From assembly GCA_040285855.1 (NCBI GenBank), contig JAUFOQ010000002.1, positions 248,001-312,000 on the forward strand: 64,000 nt of DNA, written 5' to 3'. The notes beneath the pieces were generated by a model. It did not search any database, was not told the DNA's origin, and saw only the letters and a program-made list of their open reading frames with translations. This document shows positions 12,701 through 23,671 of the stretch, piece after piece. Position numbers and translations under genes: made by a program. Position 1 is the first letter of the stretch, and every line of letters begins with the position of its first letter. Origin of the DNA: Eukaryota sp. GEM-RC1. Lineage: Eukaryota.

Positions 12701-14498
12701 GAGATAGCAGAGGAGGTCAGATGAGATGTTCCTTGGTCTTCTTCGGAGGAGCTTGGTTCCTCGGGTTCAGATGGGGATAGCTCTCGACGACTCTCTTCTC
12801 GGCGTTTCCATTCTTCTTGCTTGCGTTCGAATTCTTTTCGTGCTGAAGCAGGACTAGGACTATACACTGGAGGTCTATATCCGGGTGGTGTCGGTGATAG
12901 TGAAGGTGGACGTAGAACAGTAGTTCTTTTCTTCTGTTTCACTCTTGGAGTTTTTTCCAGTTGACTTGTTGTCAAGGGATCTCTCGAAGAAGCACTACTT
13001 TCCTGACGAGTGAGTTCGTCGAATTCCAACTTATCGATTTCCTCAGTTGTACCCAAGGTTCGGTCCAGAATTTTGTAGACGATCACTGTTTCAGGGCGTT
13101 TGCTTTGACCTGGATATTCTTCTTGAGACGGAAGTTTCGTTGAATCAAGAAGTTCGCGGTCATCATGCAGGGCAGCATGGATTTGCCGTTCCCTTTTATT
13201 AGAACCCTCAGTAGGATCGATCAATTGGTCGCCTCTCATTCCGAAAGGGACGATTGTTCCATATCTAGTGGGAGGCATAATACTATAAACTTGCTCAGAC
13301 GATTTGCCAGGAGGTAAGTTGTCGTATACGGGGGTTTCGGGAAGCCACGCTGTGCTTATTGCAACATCTCTGCATGCAGCTTTCTTAGTGGACAAGCTGT
13401 ATTGGTACCATGCTGGATACTCATATACCAAACTCTGTCCGGATGGATGAACCGTTTCCATCAGTGGTTCGACTGAGATTCCATGAGCTGGATCCCAGGA
13501 TTCACTAACGGGAAATCTATACGTGTCCCCGCGACGTGGGTCAAACTTACCTGCAAGGTAACGAGTGATTACTTCTGGGGGGAGTCATAGGAGGTACATT
13601 TCTGATTAGGAAGTGCTTGGCTTCCTTCAATCTTTGACGAAGGAGCACATTGAAGGGATCGAACTTGGCCATTTGCCACAGTTGGCGATCGTCAATTCCA
13701 ATGAGCGAGTCCTGGCTACTGGCGAACGGAATGAGCTCATTCGGTATCGCTGCTCTGTGCCAATTTTGCGGGTTTCGAGATGACTCGGGGCACTGGCGTT
13801 GGACTAGCTTTGCCTTCTCTGCGTTGTTATATCTCCTGCGCTCCTCGTCGGTCATATGTTTATGGGACTGAATAGCCCAACCATGAGTCGGTTTGGCATA
13901 TAACAACGTGTTGACCTTGTCGGCTGCAGCTTTTAGTTCTTTCTGCGTTGCTTCAAGACGTAGTTTATGGAACTCACGTTCTTCCTCCCGTGACAAATCT
14001 TCAATTTGAACGACGTCAGGGGATATGACAGAGGAACCAGCCAGAGGACCGTGAGAGGTTGTCTGATTAGCAGCGACATCCAAAGCACCTTGAGGGGTTG
14101 TTTGGGAGTTGATTCGTCCAAAGCACCTTGAGGGGTTGTTTGGGAAATATAACCATCCAGAGGACCTTGAGAGGTTGTCTGGGAATCTTCCAGAGGACTT
14201 TGACCAGTTGTCTGGGGAACATCCAGAGGACCTTGAGAGGTTGTCTGGAAATCATCCAGAGGACCAGGATTGGTTGTCTGGGAATCTTTTAGTGGAGCTT
14301 CATCTCCTCTGGAACCAGGTGGGGAACCAGAAGGACTTCGAATGCGAGGACCAAACATGGTTGTCGCTTCTCCTTCATCTCGAGGGCTTCTAGAAGCTGT
14401 CGAGGGATCTTCAGTTCGAGGACTCTTGCGAGCTGTCGAATCTTCGTCGCTTCTACCACTAGAAGGACAATAATTATTGATACCTGAATAGGTAGACA
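9784..14498 (-). mobile_element. Gypsy family A copy 2, truncated in RNase H by the duplication breakpoint
   Basis: Same gag/PR/RT ORFs (12022-13461, 9984-11609). Integrase is absent. The 21-bp TG..CA terminus is at 14478-14498. Confidence 0.93.
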
Positions 14499-14758
14499 TG
14501 CCCATTTGCGATTTCCGTATATGGTAGATTAGGCAAATTGGCCTTGAAGTTCCTTGATGCATTTGCAAAAGTTGTAGCTCGTAGAACCAACAAAATATTT
14601 GATCGTTCTTTTGGCAGAACTGAATTGTCTTTACGATTCTAAAGGCAGTTCCCACAATGATTTCAAAAGCTTTGTTATCCCTAAGTGTGTTTTATGAAGA
14701 CAAAGCTTCAACAAGGTTCGATTCGAAGGAATCTGATTTTGATGATATTGAGTATTAG
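14499..14758 (+). pseudogene. RLE non-LTR 3' remnant (duplicate of 5924-6183)
   Basis: Near-identical to 5924-6183. Confidence 0.85.
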
Positions 14759-15558
14759 ATCATTTTTTTTATTTTTGAATAGATATAATTGGAAAATAAT
14801 TGATAAAGATGAATTTTCTCTGTTCCGACAATGTACAATCTGTACTGTGGTTTAAGAGTAGATGAAGATGTAGAGAATTAAATATCCTATAACTACTGGT
14901 TAGTAATACCCTAGATTACTTTATACTATTTGTAATTATAAACATGTACTTCCTTAATTTATGTCAATTAAAAATTAAAGTGGTTTAATTTAAATGCTAT
15001 AATTGAATAGAAAGAAGCACTTTACTTTAATTGTGGTTTGAAACCACATTCGACAAGATTCTTCAGTGTTGGTTAACACTTGATCCTTCAGTTCTAACAT
15101 CCGTTGGAGGGCTTAAGTGAATATGGTGTATTTTAATAGACTTTGGTTTCCTTTAGAGTGTGTTTCTTATCGTGTTGTTTTTATATCATATTTTTCACTT
15201 ACTGCATTGTTGTGTCAGCAATTACGATTACTGCATGAATTCATGGAATTCAGATAGTTTCAATTATTTGTGAAATTACTACAATTGCCGGAGAATTTCT
15301 GTAGTTCTTGAGAGTCCTTCGAATTATGCAAAGAGTAGCTGTAAAGTTACAAACCCACCCCATGTCATGTTGTGAAGTTCCCTCAAGTATGTAACACATG
15401 TTAACATATTTTGTGTCGTGTTTTTTTCTAATAGGTCTTAGAACGCTTTCGTCGACGAATACATTGTATTTTGAATATTGACAATTTTGAATACAAATCT
15501 TACAGTACGAAAAGCAGTTTATTGATGGAGGTTACAAAAATTCATATCATAATAAAAG

Positions 15559-16070
15559 CTATGAAACACTAGACACCGAAAATTCCTGGTCAACAGTACC
15601 ACAGTTTGTATACAACTTTGTGAAAATTGATTTAAAAAACTTAGGCACCGAACGGAACAAAGAAAAAATCAAACGGTTATGCCAAATTGATAAGTTAAAT
15701 CTCTTATTCTGAGACTTACACATAGATCCAAAATCAGTTAAAAACTTGGAAGCCATTTCACCAATACTACCGAAAATAGAAATAGCAAATGGAACAAATA
15801 TAAATTTTGAATATAAATTTTGATTAAGTTTAGCAACATCTTTGGAATACAAATCAATTACATTGTATACGTTTTTCAGCTGTTTCTAGGTGATTAAAAC
15901 CTTTTGAATTCAAGCCATTAACATAAGTTTGAGCACATGGATCTACTGTTGTAACATCAAGGATAATTTGACTAGAATCAACAAAAGGACCATGTAAGTC
16001 ACCTCGACGAGAATTAATATTTCAATCAAGACCCAACTTACTAAATAGAGGTTAATCTTACAGTATGTTT
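15559..16070 (-). pseudogene. RLE non-LTR endonuclease fragment (duplicate of 6978-7490)
   Basis: ORF 15559-15852 FVPFAISIFGSIG...; near-identical to the first copy. Confidence 0.85.
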
Positions 16071-16112
16071 TAAATATAAATTTTAAAATATATATAGTAC
16101 AACTCCTATTGT

Positions 16113-16301
16113 CTACTGTTTGTGAGAACGCAAAGCAATGTCTTCTAACAGTCGATTCAGTAGAAGATACGATATCACCAGTATGTACATAGTCCCTACA
16201 ACTGGCCAAATAGAATCAAGGTAATAGCTTTCCTCCTGGTAGACAGTTAAAGACTGGCTTTGAGCAACTACAGAAACTACAAAGAACAGAAGACACAACA
16301 T
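16113..16301 (-). CDS. small 62-aa putative membrane protein, copy 2
   Basis: Identical translation to 7536-7724. Confidence 0.4.
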   Translation of the reverse strand: MLCLLFFVVSVVAQSQSLTVYQEESYYLDSIWPVVGTMYILVISYLLLNRLLEDIALRSHKQ

Positions 16302-16388
16302 GAAAGAATTGCGAAGACTTTCTGGGATTTCTGATCATCAACATTTGATGAGGTGATTGCCCTCATTTACCAAACCATTCCTTAATTG

Positions 16389-18021
16389 ATGGATATTTCT
16401 CTTGAAGAGTGTCGGACAGGGATCACTTCTACTCTTTTTACTGGAAATGTCTTTGTTGTCATTGGTACTCTTGTTTGTTCTCTATTCTCCGGTATTGTAC
16501 CTATTGTTTGCTTACTCTAGCCGCTATCGGAGCAAATGACGTCGCCAATTCTGTAGGCACCTCCATCGGTTCTGGCGTGGTTACTATGCGTCAAGGAATC
16601 CTCATTGCTTTCGTCTTTGAATTTCTTGGAGCTTTCTTTTAGGTTCAACAGTTGTTTCCACAGTTTCTTCTGGAATCACCAATGTAAAATACTTCACGGT
16701 TCCTGTCCATTTCATGGCTGGAATGTTTTCTGCCATGTTCTCAGGCTTTTTGTGGTTAATCACTGCTACTCTTTTCTCACTTCCAGTCTCAACCACCCAC
16801 TCCATTGTCGGAGCAGTCATTGGTTTTGCCGTAGTATCTCAAGGTTGGACCAGCGTAGTTTGGTCAAGTGTTGCCAAGATTGCTGCTAGTTGGGTGATCT
16901 CTCCCTGTTTAGGTGGTACGATCTCATTCCTCCTTTTTAAGATCACCACCGGCCTCTGCTTCAAAACAGACAATCCCATTACTCAAACCATCAAAATGAT
17001 GCCCATCTTCTTTGGCGTCTCCCTCTTCATCTTCGCTCTCTTCTTCGTTAGCAAAGGCCTCTCTAATGTCATTAGTCTTACTCTGTTGGAGTCATTCCTC
17101 ACTGCCATTGTTGTGGGATTGCTCTCCTACATTGTCCACGTGATCTTCTTCAGACCACGAATGAGAACGGAAATTCCTGAAGATATGCTAGACAAACACA
17201 GATCTCTCCTTTCTATTGACATTCTTAGGCCCAATACTTCTATTGATATGAACGCAATCAAGACCGCTCCCCCATCAGACTCACCACAGGAAGAGGCTGA
17301 CGTGATTCTGGAAGTCGAAGGTGATAAAGAGGAAGTTGTTGACCAGGGTGAAGTTGTTGTTTCCAATAGATCTTCCACTGGTACTGGTCTCAATGAGACT
17401 GAGAAGGAAGAAGAAAACAAGGATGAACCAGTCGAAGTACTGGATGAAGAGCTACAAAAGACCTTGTATAAGAAACTCCAGACCAAGTCTGCTGACAAGC
17501 TGTTTGCTCCATTGATGGTTTTGTCCTGTATGTTCTTAGCCACTGCACATGGAAGTAATGATATCGTATGAATGATCTCTTCGAACAACTTACTCTAGGC
17601 TAACTCAATCGGACCTTATGCTGCAATCCTGACTACCTTTAGAACTCATTCAGTTGATGGTGAAGCTGAAGTACCTCCTGCAGCCCTAGCATTGGGGGCA
17701 GTGAGTTTAACCATTGGTTTAGCTGTACTGGGACATAAGGTTATTCAAACAATTGGTAAGAAGTTAACCAAGATTACTGCTCTTAATGGATCTGTTATTC
17801 AAATCTCTGCTGCTGCAACTGTGTTAGTTGGGAGTGCCCTTGGATTACCTATTTCCACTAGTCATATTCTAATTGGTGCTGTTATTGGCCAAGCTTTAGC
17901 TAGAAAGACTTCTGTTAATTGGAAAATGGTGAGAGGAATTATCTACTCTTGGCTGCTTACTTTGCCTGTAGCAAGTCTTACATCTGCTCTGATTTATCAT
18001 TTATTGACCTTTGGGTTGTAG
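16389..18021 (+). CDS. PiT/PHO4 (SLC20) phosphate transporter, copy 2; introns 16492-16520 and 17566-17598
   Basis: Same motifs as copy 1. Different homopolymer frameshift near 16637. Loop differs APPSDSPQ vs APQSDSSQ. Confidence 0.93.
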
Positions 18022-18377
18022 TTACCTTCATTATTAGTTTTACATTTATTTGGGATTTATATTTCTAAGTAAATCTATATATCATATGTATAAACACCAA
18101 TAGAAACTCTCTTTGAAAAGAAGAATCTTTGTAATTGAAGAATAATTGTTTATGCATGTCGGAAAATGTCACCCAAGTAATTTCTTATCTTGTTTTAAGT
18201 CAAAACTTTTAACAGAAATTTCGACACGAATAAATTAGTAATAAAAATCAATAAAACTGAACTTCAGCTCAATGGTTCAAAGCACCTTGTAATTGAGCTA
18301 AACTGAATTGATAAACATCTCCAATCAAAACTCATTAATGATCGTAAACAACAATAAACTAGAAAACAATAAACTAA

Positions 18378-19706
18378 CTAAATAATCAACTTGACAACAT
18401 CTAACTGCTTCAACTCACACTGACAGCCAATGAGCGAGGTCAAAGAGGGCCTAGTCCTGCCTAAATCAGAATGAACAAACTCTTTAACATAAGTACCAGC
18501 TTCAGTAGTCAAATCAAGAAGAACCCAATGTTGATTGAGGACTTCCACGTGATCAATTTGAACCATACGTGTTCTAGTCAGTAAAGTACGACGATGCAGA
18601 ACTCTCAAAGGGGTTTCTTGTTCCAAAGTAAACGCCTGGCCTACAAAGTCAAGGCATTTGTTACCAAAAGAGTTTTCCAAGTGAACAACACACCTATATT
18701 GCTTTTTCTTCATTGTCTCTGCATTCTTAACAAAAGTTCTAAAAGTCTTCCCATCAAGAGACGTTTCCAAATCAATCAAATCAACAATTCCAAAAGGTCT
18801 CACAGACTCCTCAACCACCGTCCTAATCCGCTCAATGCTGACGTCAACCTTTCGAGGATTATGAAACGTCACTACAAAAGGTCGACCCTCCAAACACCTC
18901 ACGTCAATGTCCTCTCTTCCAGCACTCTCAAACCTAAAGGAATCAGCTCCAAGAAGGGGAAGGAAAGGATTGAATGCTTCAGAAGCCATGTCAGTGTCGT
19001 AACCAGGGAATTGAGACTGAGGAATACCACGGAGGAGTTTCTTGTAGAAGCCAAAGAGATAGAAGGGATCGTGGACAAGAGTGAAGGAAAGTGAGCAAGG
19101 CAATGACCATGTTAGAGAGGAGAGGAAGTTGGAAAGTTCGTCAGATGAACGGAGGGAGAGGAAGGCTTCAAGATCGGAGTGGTTTACTGCTAGAGGACTG
19201 TTGATATCGTGTGAGACTTTTGGACATCCAGAACGAGATTTGTACCGACGCTTTCTGTTTCTCTTTCCGACAGTGTCACAGATTACGGTGTCAGCTTCAG
19301 GGGATTGCACTTGAAAGTGAATTGAGAGAGGAGAATCTGTGGAGAAGGATTTGCAGACGGAAGAAGACAACATTGGTAAGAAGGTGGCTTTAAAAACATC
19401 TTTCAGGGCTATCGGATTTGAACAAATACCTGTTTTGACCATGAGCAGCTCCGAGAAACGCTGAGAGGTAGAGAGGATAAGATGAACATTAAATGTTTGT
19501 GTTGTGTATTCTTGAGCTTGTGAACGAAGTGAATCTAGTATGTTATTCAATGTATTGAGATGAAATAAATCAAGGCAGATGGGACAAACAGAGCTGATTT
19601 TTGGGGAAGACTCATTGGAGACAGCAGACACACGGGATAGACACTGTTCACAGAAAGATGTTAGGGTCTCTTTAGAGAGAGATTCACTTGGGAGCAAAGA
19701 AGCCAT
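18378..19706 (-). CDS. PUS10: tRNA pseudouridine synthase Pus10
   Basis: N-terminal CxxC pairs (CEQC, CPIC), GREDIDVRCL catalytic motif, QETPLRVLHRR, GTYVKEFVHSDLGRTRPSL and LDV. Confidence 0.95.
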   Translation of the reverse strand: MASLLPSESLSKETLTSFCEQCLSRVSAVSNESSPKISSVCPICLDLFHLNTLNNILDSLRSQAQEYTTQTFNVHLILSTSQRFSELLMVKTGICSNPIALKDVFKATFLPMLSSSVCKSFSTDSPLSIHFQVQSPEADTVICDTVGKRNRKRRYKSRSGCPKVSHDINSPLAVNHSDLEAFLSLRSSDELSNFLSSLTWSLPCSLSFTLVHDPFYLFGFYKKLLRGIPQSQFPGYDTDMASEAFNPFLPLLGADSFRFESAGREDIDVRCLEGRPFVVTFHNPRKVDVSIERIRTVVEESVRPFGIVDLIDLETSLDGKTFRTFVKNAETMKKKQYRCVVHLENSFGNKCLDFVGQAFTLEQETPLRVLHRRTLLTRTRMVQIDHVEVLNQHWVLLDLTTEAGTYVKEFVHSDLGRTRPSLTSLIGCQCELKQLDVVKLII

Positions 19707-19733
19707 TTAATTAAAATCGAAAAGCCTTTCCAA

Positions 19734-20544
19734 TAGGGTTGTAATTTGAGTCGAGTCAAACTCACGAGTTTCGAGTTGAGTCAGCCTGACTCGACTCGCT
19801 TGACTCATAAGTCAAGTCGAGTCGCCCTTGTATTTCGTGGAGTCAGCCTGACTCGACTCATATGACTCATGAGTCGAGTCGAGTCAGGAATTTCCAACTC
19901 GAGTTGACTCAACTCATTTGACTCGTGAGTCAATACTATAGTGTTTCCCATAAAGTACCAATAGCTATCCTAGTTGAATTGAAGTTTAGATTCAAAATAT
20001 GAAGGTCTTTAATACATTTATATTTTAAAGTGTTTTTTTTTAAATGATGAAGATGGCGACTGAAAAGGTGGTTTTTCCTTTCATCATTCATGACCAACCA
20101 ACCAATCCACTATATCAGTGATGACGACGCTCAACCTAGAATCATCTCATTTCTAACTTCCCCTCGTTCTGGATCACATTATTAGCAAGAAGCGTGCTCG
20201 TTTAAGTGATGATACTGCAAGGTATTTGCTTTGTTTACGGTCATGGTATTCCAAAAATTTGATTGAAGTTAATAGTAGTATTGATTTTGAGTAGTAGTTC
20301 TACAACTAGTAGGTACTAAATAAAACCGTTTTTAATTCTGGACAATCAAAAGATTCATGAGTCGAGTCGAGTCAGTCGAATTTTGGATGAGTCAGCCTGA
20401 CTCGACTCGCTGGACTCATAAGTCGAGTTGAGTCTCTCTTGTATTTGGCGAGTCAGCCTGACTCGACTCATATGACTCATGAGTCGAGTTGAGTCAAGAA
20501 TTTCAGACTTGAGTTGACTCGACTCGACTCAAATTACAACCCTA
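19734..20544 (+). mobile_element. internally deleted hAT DNA transposon (811 bp)
   Basis: TIR TAGGGTTGTAATTTGAGTCGAGTC at both ends and an 8-bp TSD CTTTCCAA (19726-19733 / 20545-20552). GAGTC/GACTC subterminal arrays. Residual hAT dimerisation-domain coding 20178-20294 (IISKKRARLSDDTARYLLCLRSWY). Confidence 0.95.
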
Positions 20545-20566
20545 CTTTCCAAGCTTTTGTCTACTA

Positions 20567-21464
20567 CAGTCTACCCTCTAATTAGTGACACCCCAGCGGC
20601 AGTCACTATATAGAGGGTGTCACTATATCGAGGGAAATAGATCGTGCGTCTACTATACGAACGTATGGGCTTTATTGCTGATAAACTATACTATTGAACC
20701 AACTGTGTATCTTTTGATCCTATCAGTGGTATCACAACTGGAAAGGAGGATGAGAAAGAAGGATGAGAATAATGGAGGCATGCAAAGTGAGAGAAAATAG
20801 ACTGTTTGTCAACATCCATCAAACATAGGAAGATCTTAGACACTCAATCCGTCTAAGGGAATGATAATGAGTCATTTGGAGAGAGAAATGAGGAGATATA
20901 TACGGATTTGTTATGTTGATCGACTTCGGATGTGTAAGTGAAATTTGAAGAGAAGATGTGTGAAAACACCATCAGACCGTAAACGAAGCGTCGCAAGAAC
21001 CAATTCCAACACCTCTTTCCTCTTTTTGCTTGTTGTAAGGGGGAAACTGATGTGATGAGCATCCTAATTTCTCCCAGCAACATGCATGTATCCCCAGATG
21101 ACATATTCAGTGTTGGCAAGGAGGAAGTATTCCTCTCAAACAACTTTCTTGCTTTTAGAAGTCACCATCACGGTGTATATCCAAAGGTCTTAGTCTTCGT
21201 TCTAACGGAGACCGTTTGACTTATAGTGCTATATATGATATAAAAGTGACATCAGAGTGTAACGGTTAGAATCTTGCCAAATTCTGGTAGAAATAGGATG
21301 CACGTGAAGAATGTGGGTGTTGTGTATGTGTAGAGAAAGACAAACATGTGGTTTATTTGATCATGAAGAAGTTGGTGGAGTCAACAAAAAGTCGGGCAGA
21401 GGAAAAGTGTCACTATATCGAGGGTGTCACTATTCAGAAATGTCACTATTCAGAGGTTAGACTG
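20567..21464. mobile_element. pogo/Tc1-mariner-type non-autonomous element (898 bp)
   Basis: TIRs CAGTCTACCCTCTAATTAGTGACA / CAGTCTAACCTCTGAATAGTGACA (reverse complement of the right end), TA on both sides, and GTCACTAT subterminal repeats. Confidence 0.88.
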
Positions 21465-22312
21465 TACTGTGAAATTTTTTTAAGTGCATATGTCAGGTGA
21501 GATTTTTCCAATTTCCTCTCAGGGTAATATCTCACAGCCCAATTTCTGCATGTCTCGATCTTTTGACCTTCTGTGCGATCCATTGACATGTAATATTTGG
21601 CATTGATCATGTCAAAAGTGTATACCAGTTTGAAGGAGTCAGGAGAGTCAAGGATTATGAGTCTGGACACACTATTACAGAGACACTGGAAGGAAGAGAC
21701 GGATATGAAGGCATTTTGATGTGAAAAGTCTGTGAGAAAAAGCTGTAAGAAAGTTGTGAAATATGCAATTCAGGTGAAAAGCACAGTAGTAGGTCGTTTC
21801 ATCAAATCTTTATGTAAATTGCACACACGTAGTAATTATACAGACTTTTTCTGGTTATACTAGTAAACCAACAGAACCTGTTATTGCTAAAAGCAGCCCA
21901 AAATTGAATTAATTTGGTTATATACAACCATAATGAAGACTGTTTCATGTTTCTAATTTCGTTAAACTAATCAATTCAAAAATTTTGAATTTCAAAGTGA
22001 CCATTCGAAGTGTGACAATACCCTGTATAAAAGCAGACAAAACTGTTGTGTTGAACTACATAGTCTAATTTCGTCTGAGCGAAATTGGGTAAAAGTGAAT
22101 GTAAAAGAAAACTGCAGCAAACTACAATCTAGAATCAAATTTAACGAACAGAAACACAGAGAATCAATCTGCTCAAGATTTATTAACAAGTAACAAGCTA
22201 CTAATAGCCAGAATATAAGACATCTTTCATCCAAATCCAATGGATTCATTTACAACAATAAACATTTTTGAAACAAGACATCCTCAGTATAACTAAAAAC
22301 TAAACTGGATCT

Positions 22313-23485
22313 TTAAGTGAATGCCCCCAATGCCTTCATCAGCCAACAACTCCAACTACCAGTCATACTACCAACCTGGTTACACAGAGCTGCCCACTTA
22401 GTAACCTTACGTTGATCACTTGCTTTGGGTACTCTACAGTCTACCATCATATACACGATAGTAGCAACGTAACCCTGCAGAAGAGCAATCAAAGAAGAGA
22501 TCACAATGACAATCACGCCATAATCACCAAAAATAGCAGGATGACGACTGCCAATGATACCAAACCAGAGAGAGATGTAAAACAAGAAGCCTACAATTGT
22601 AGTAAGAGATGAAGGATTTAGAACAAGAACAGTAGGGAAAAATCTTCCAACAACATTTAAAGATTGAAAGGCTGAATTGCTCCAAGCATAGACTCGATGA
22701 CGATTGGTGAATGACATAGTAGTATAGGGTAAGAGACCAGGCATGAAGAAGTAAAAAACACAGAAACAAAGAAAATGTTCAAAAGAGGTTCCGTAGCCAA
22801 CTGGAAGAGAGACATTCGAGAAGAAGTAGACACAAGATCCTCTGCCTCTTCACCATTAACCATTAAGAGATCTGTTTGATATGGATTGGATTTCTTCAGA
22901 AACAGAGGTGTAACAATAAGAGAAACCAAAGAGAAAGTCAAAAAGAAGGACATAATCAGAAAGAAAGTTCGCGGACCAAAGATAGGATCATCTCCTACTT
23001 TTTGAACCAAAGAAATATAGGATGTGAGCATCCCTGATGAAGCCATGCCAACAGAGACTGCCGACACAAAGGTCCGATTATACTGTTTAACAAAGGAGAA
23101 TAATGTAACCATGGAGGTACATCCAACAAAACCAGCAGCAAAAGAGGATAGAATCACTCCAAGAGAATGTGTGTCAGAATCCCAGAAGGGTAAAGAAGAA
23201 TCCCAGAACAGAGCAGTGAACAAGGACAGAACAACTGCCACTAAATAGAGGAAAATAGACGCAAAATAGTCATTTAACTTCGAAGAGTAGATGACATAGA
23301 TAAAGGGGAAGATGTTGGCCCAGTTGTACCAAAAATCCAATGGTGGTTCCTATGCCTTCTTTCTCAGGAAGATTGGCTTCAAAGATAGGCACTTGAGCCC
23401 AAAGGCCGTTGATGACAGCAAAAGGCGCAAATCCGATGAAGAAAAACAGGGTGAAACCCAGTATGAGTTCTACCCTTCGATGCAT
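22313..23485 (-). CDS. SLC52/GPR172-like riboflavin transporter (multi-TM), frameshifted in this assembly
   Basis: INGLWAQVPIF..LPE, QLANIFP and VGCTSMVTLFSFV..VSVGMASSGML resemble SLC52 motifs (NGIWVELP, GN, CASNVTFLPF..GQGLSALL). Three overlapping ORFs join by single-base shifts. Confidence 0.75.
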
Positions 23486-23671
23486 TAAAAAAATTACATT
23501 TTTAAAAGAACAACACCAACCAAAGTAGAATATGATTGCTTTTCCAAATGCAGATATCCATGTGTTATACTTGCAAAAAAAATAGGAAGAATAACAAAAG
23601 CGAAACTAAAGGAACACTGACTATGACGAAGGAGAAGATTTCAGACTGCTGTAATCACGTTTGTACTCATC

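Larger units (their letters stand above)
1189..18356. repeat. 8.6-kb direct tandem segmental duplication (1189-9779 / 9784-18356)
   Basis: Near-identical sequence at offset ~8595. The junction acaacaata|GATA|ttctggagc joins PUS10-downstream DNA to the RNase H region of family A. Confidence 0.95.

Noticed and set aside
19740..20530. GAGTC/GACTC arrays as CRISPR or iterons
   Set aside because: No unique spacers. They are subterminal repeats within a TIR/8-bp-TSD hAT element.
21467..21740. Minus-strand ORF fragment (SRLIILDSPDSFKLVY...) cut by the MITE
   Set aside because: No recognisable family or clear start; insufficient support.
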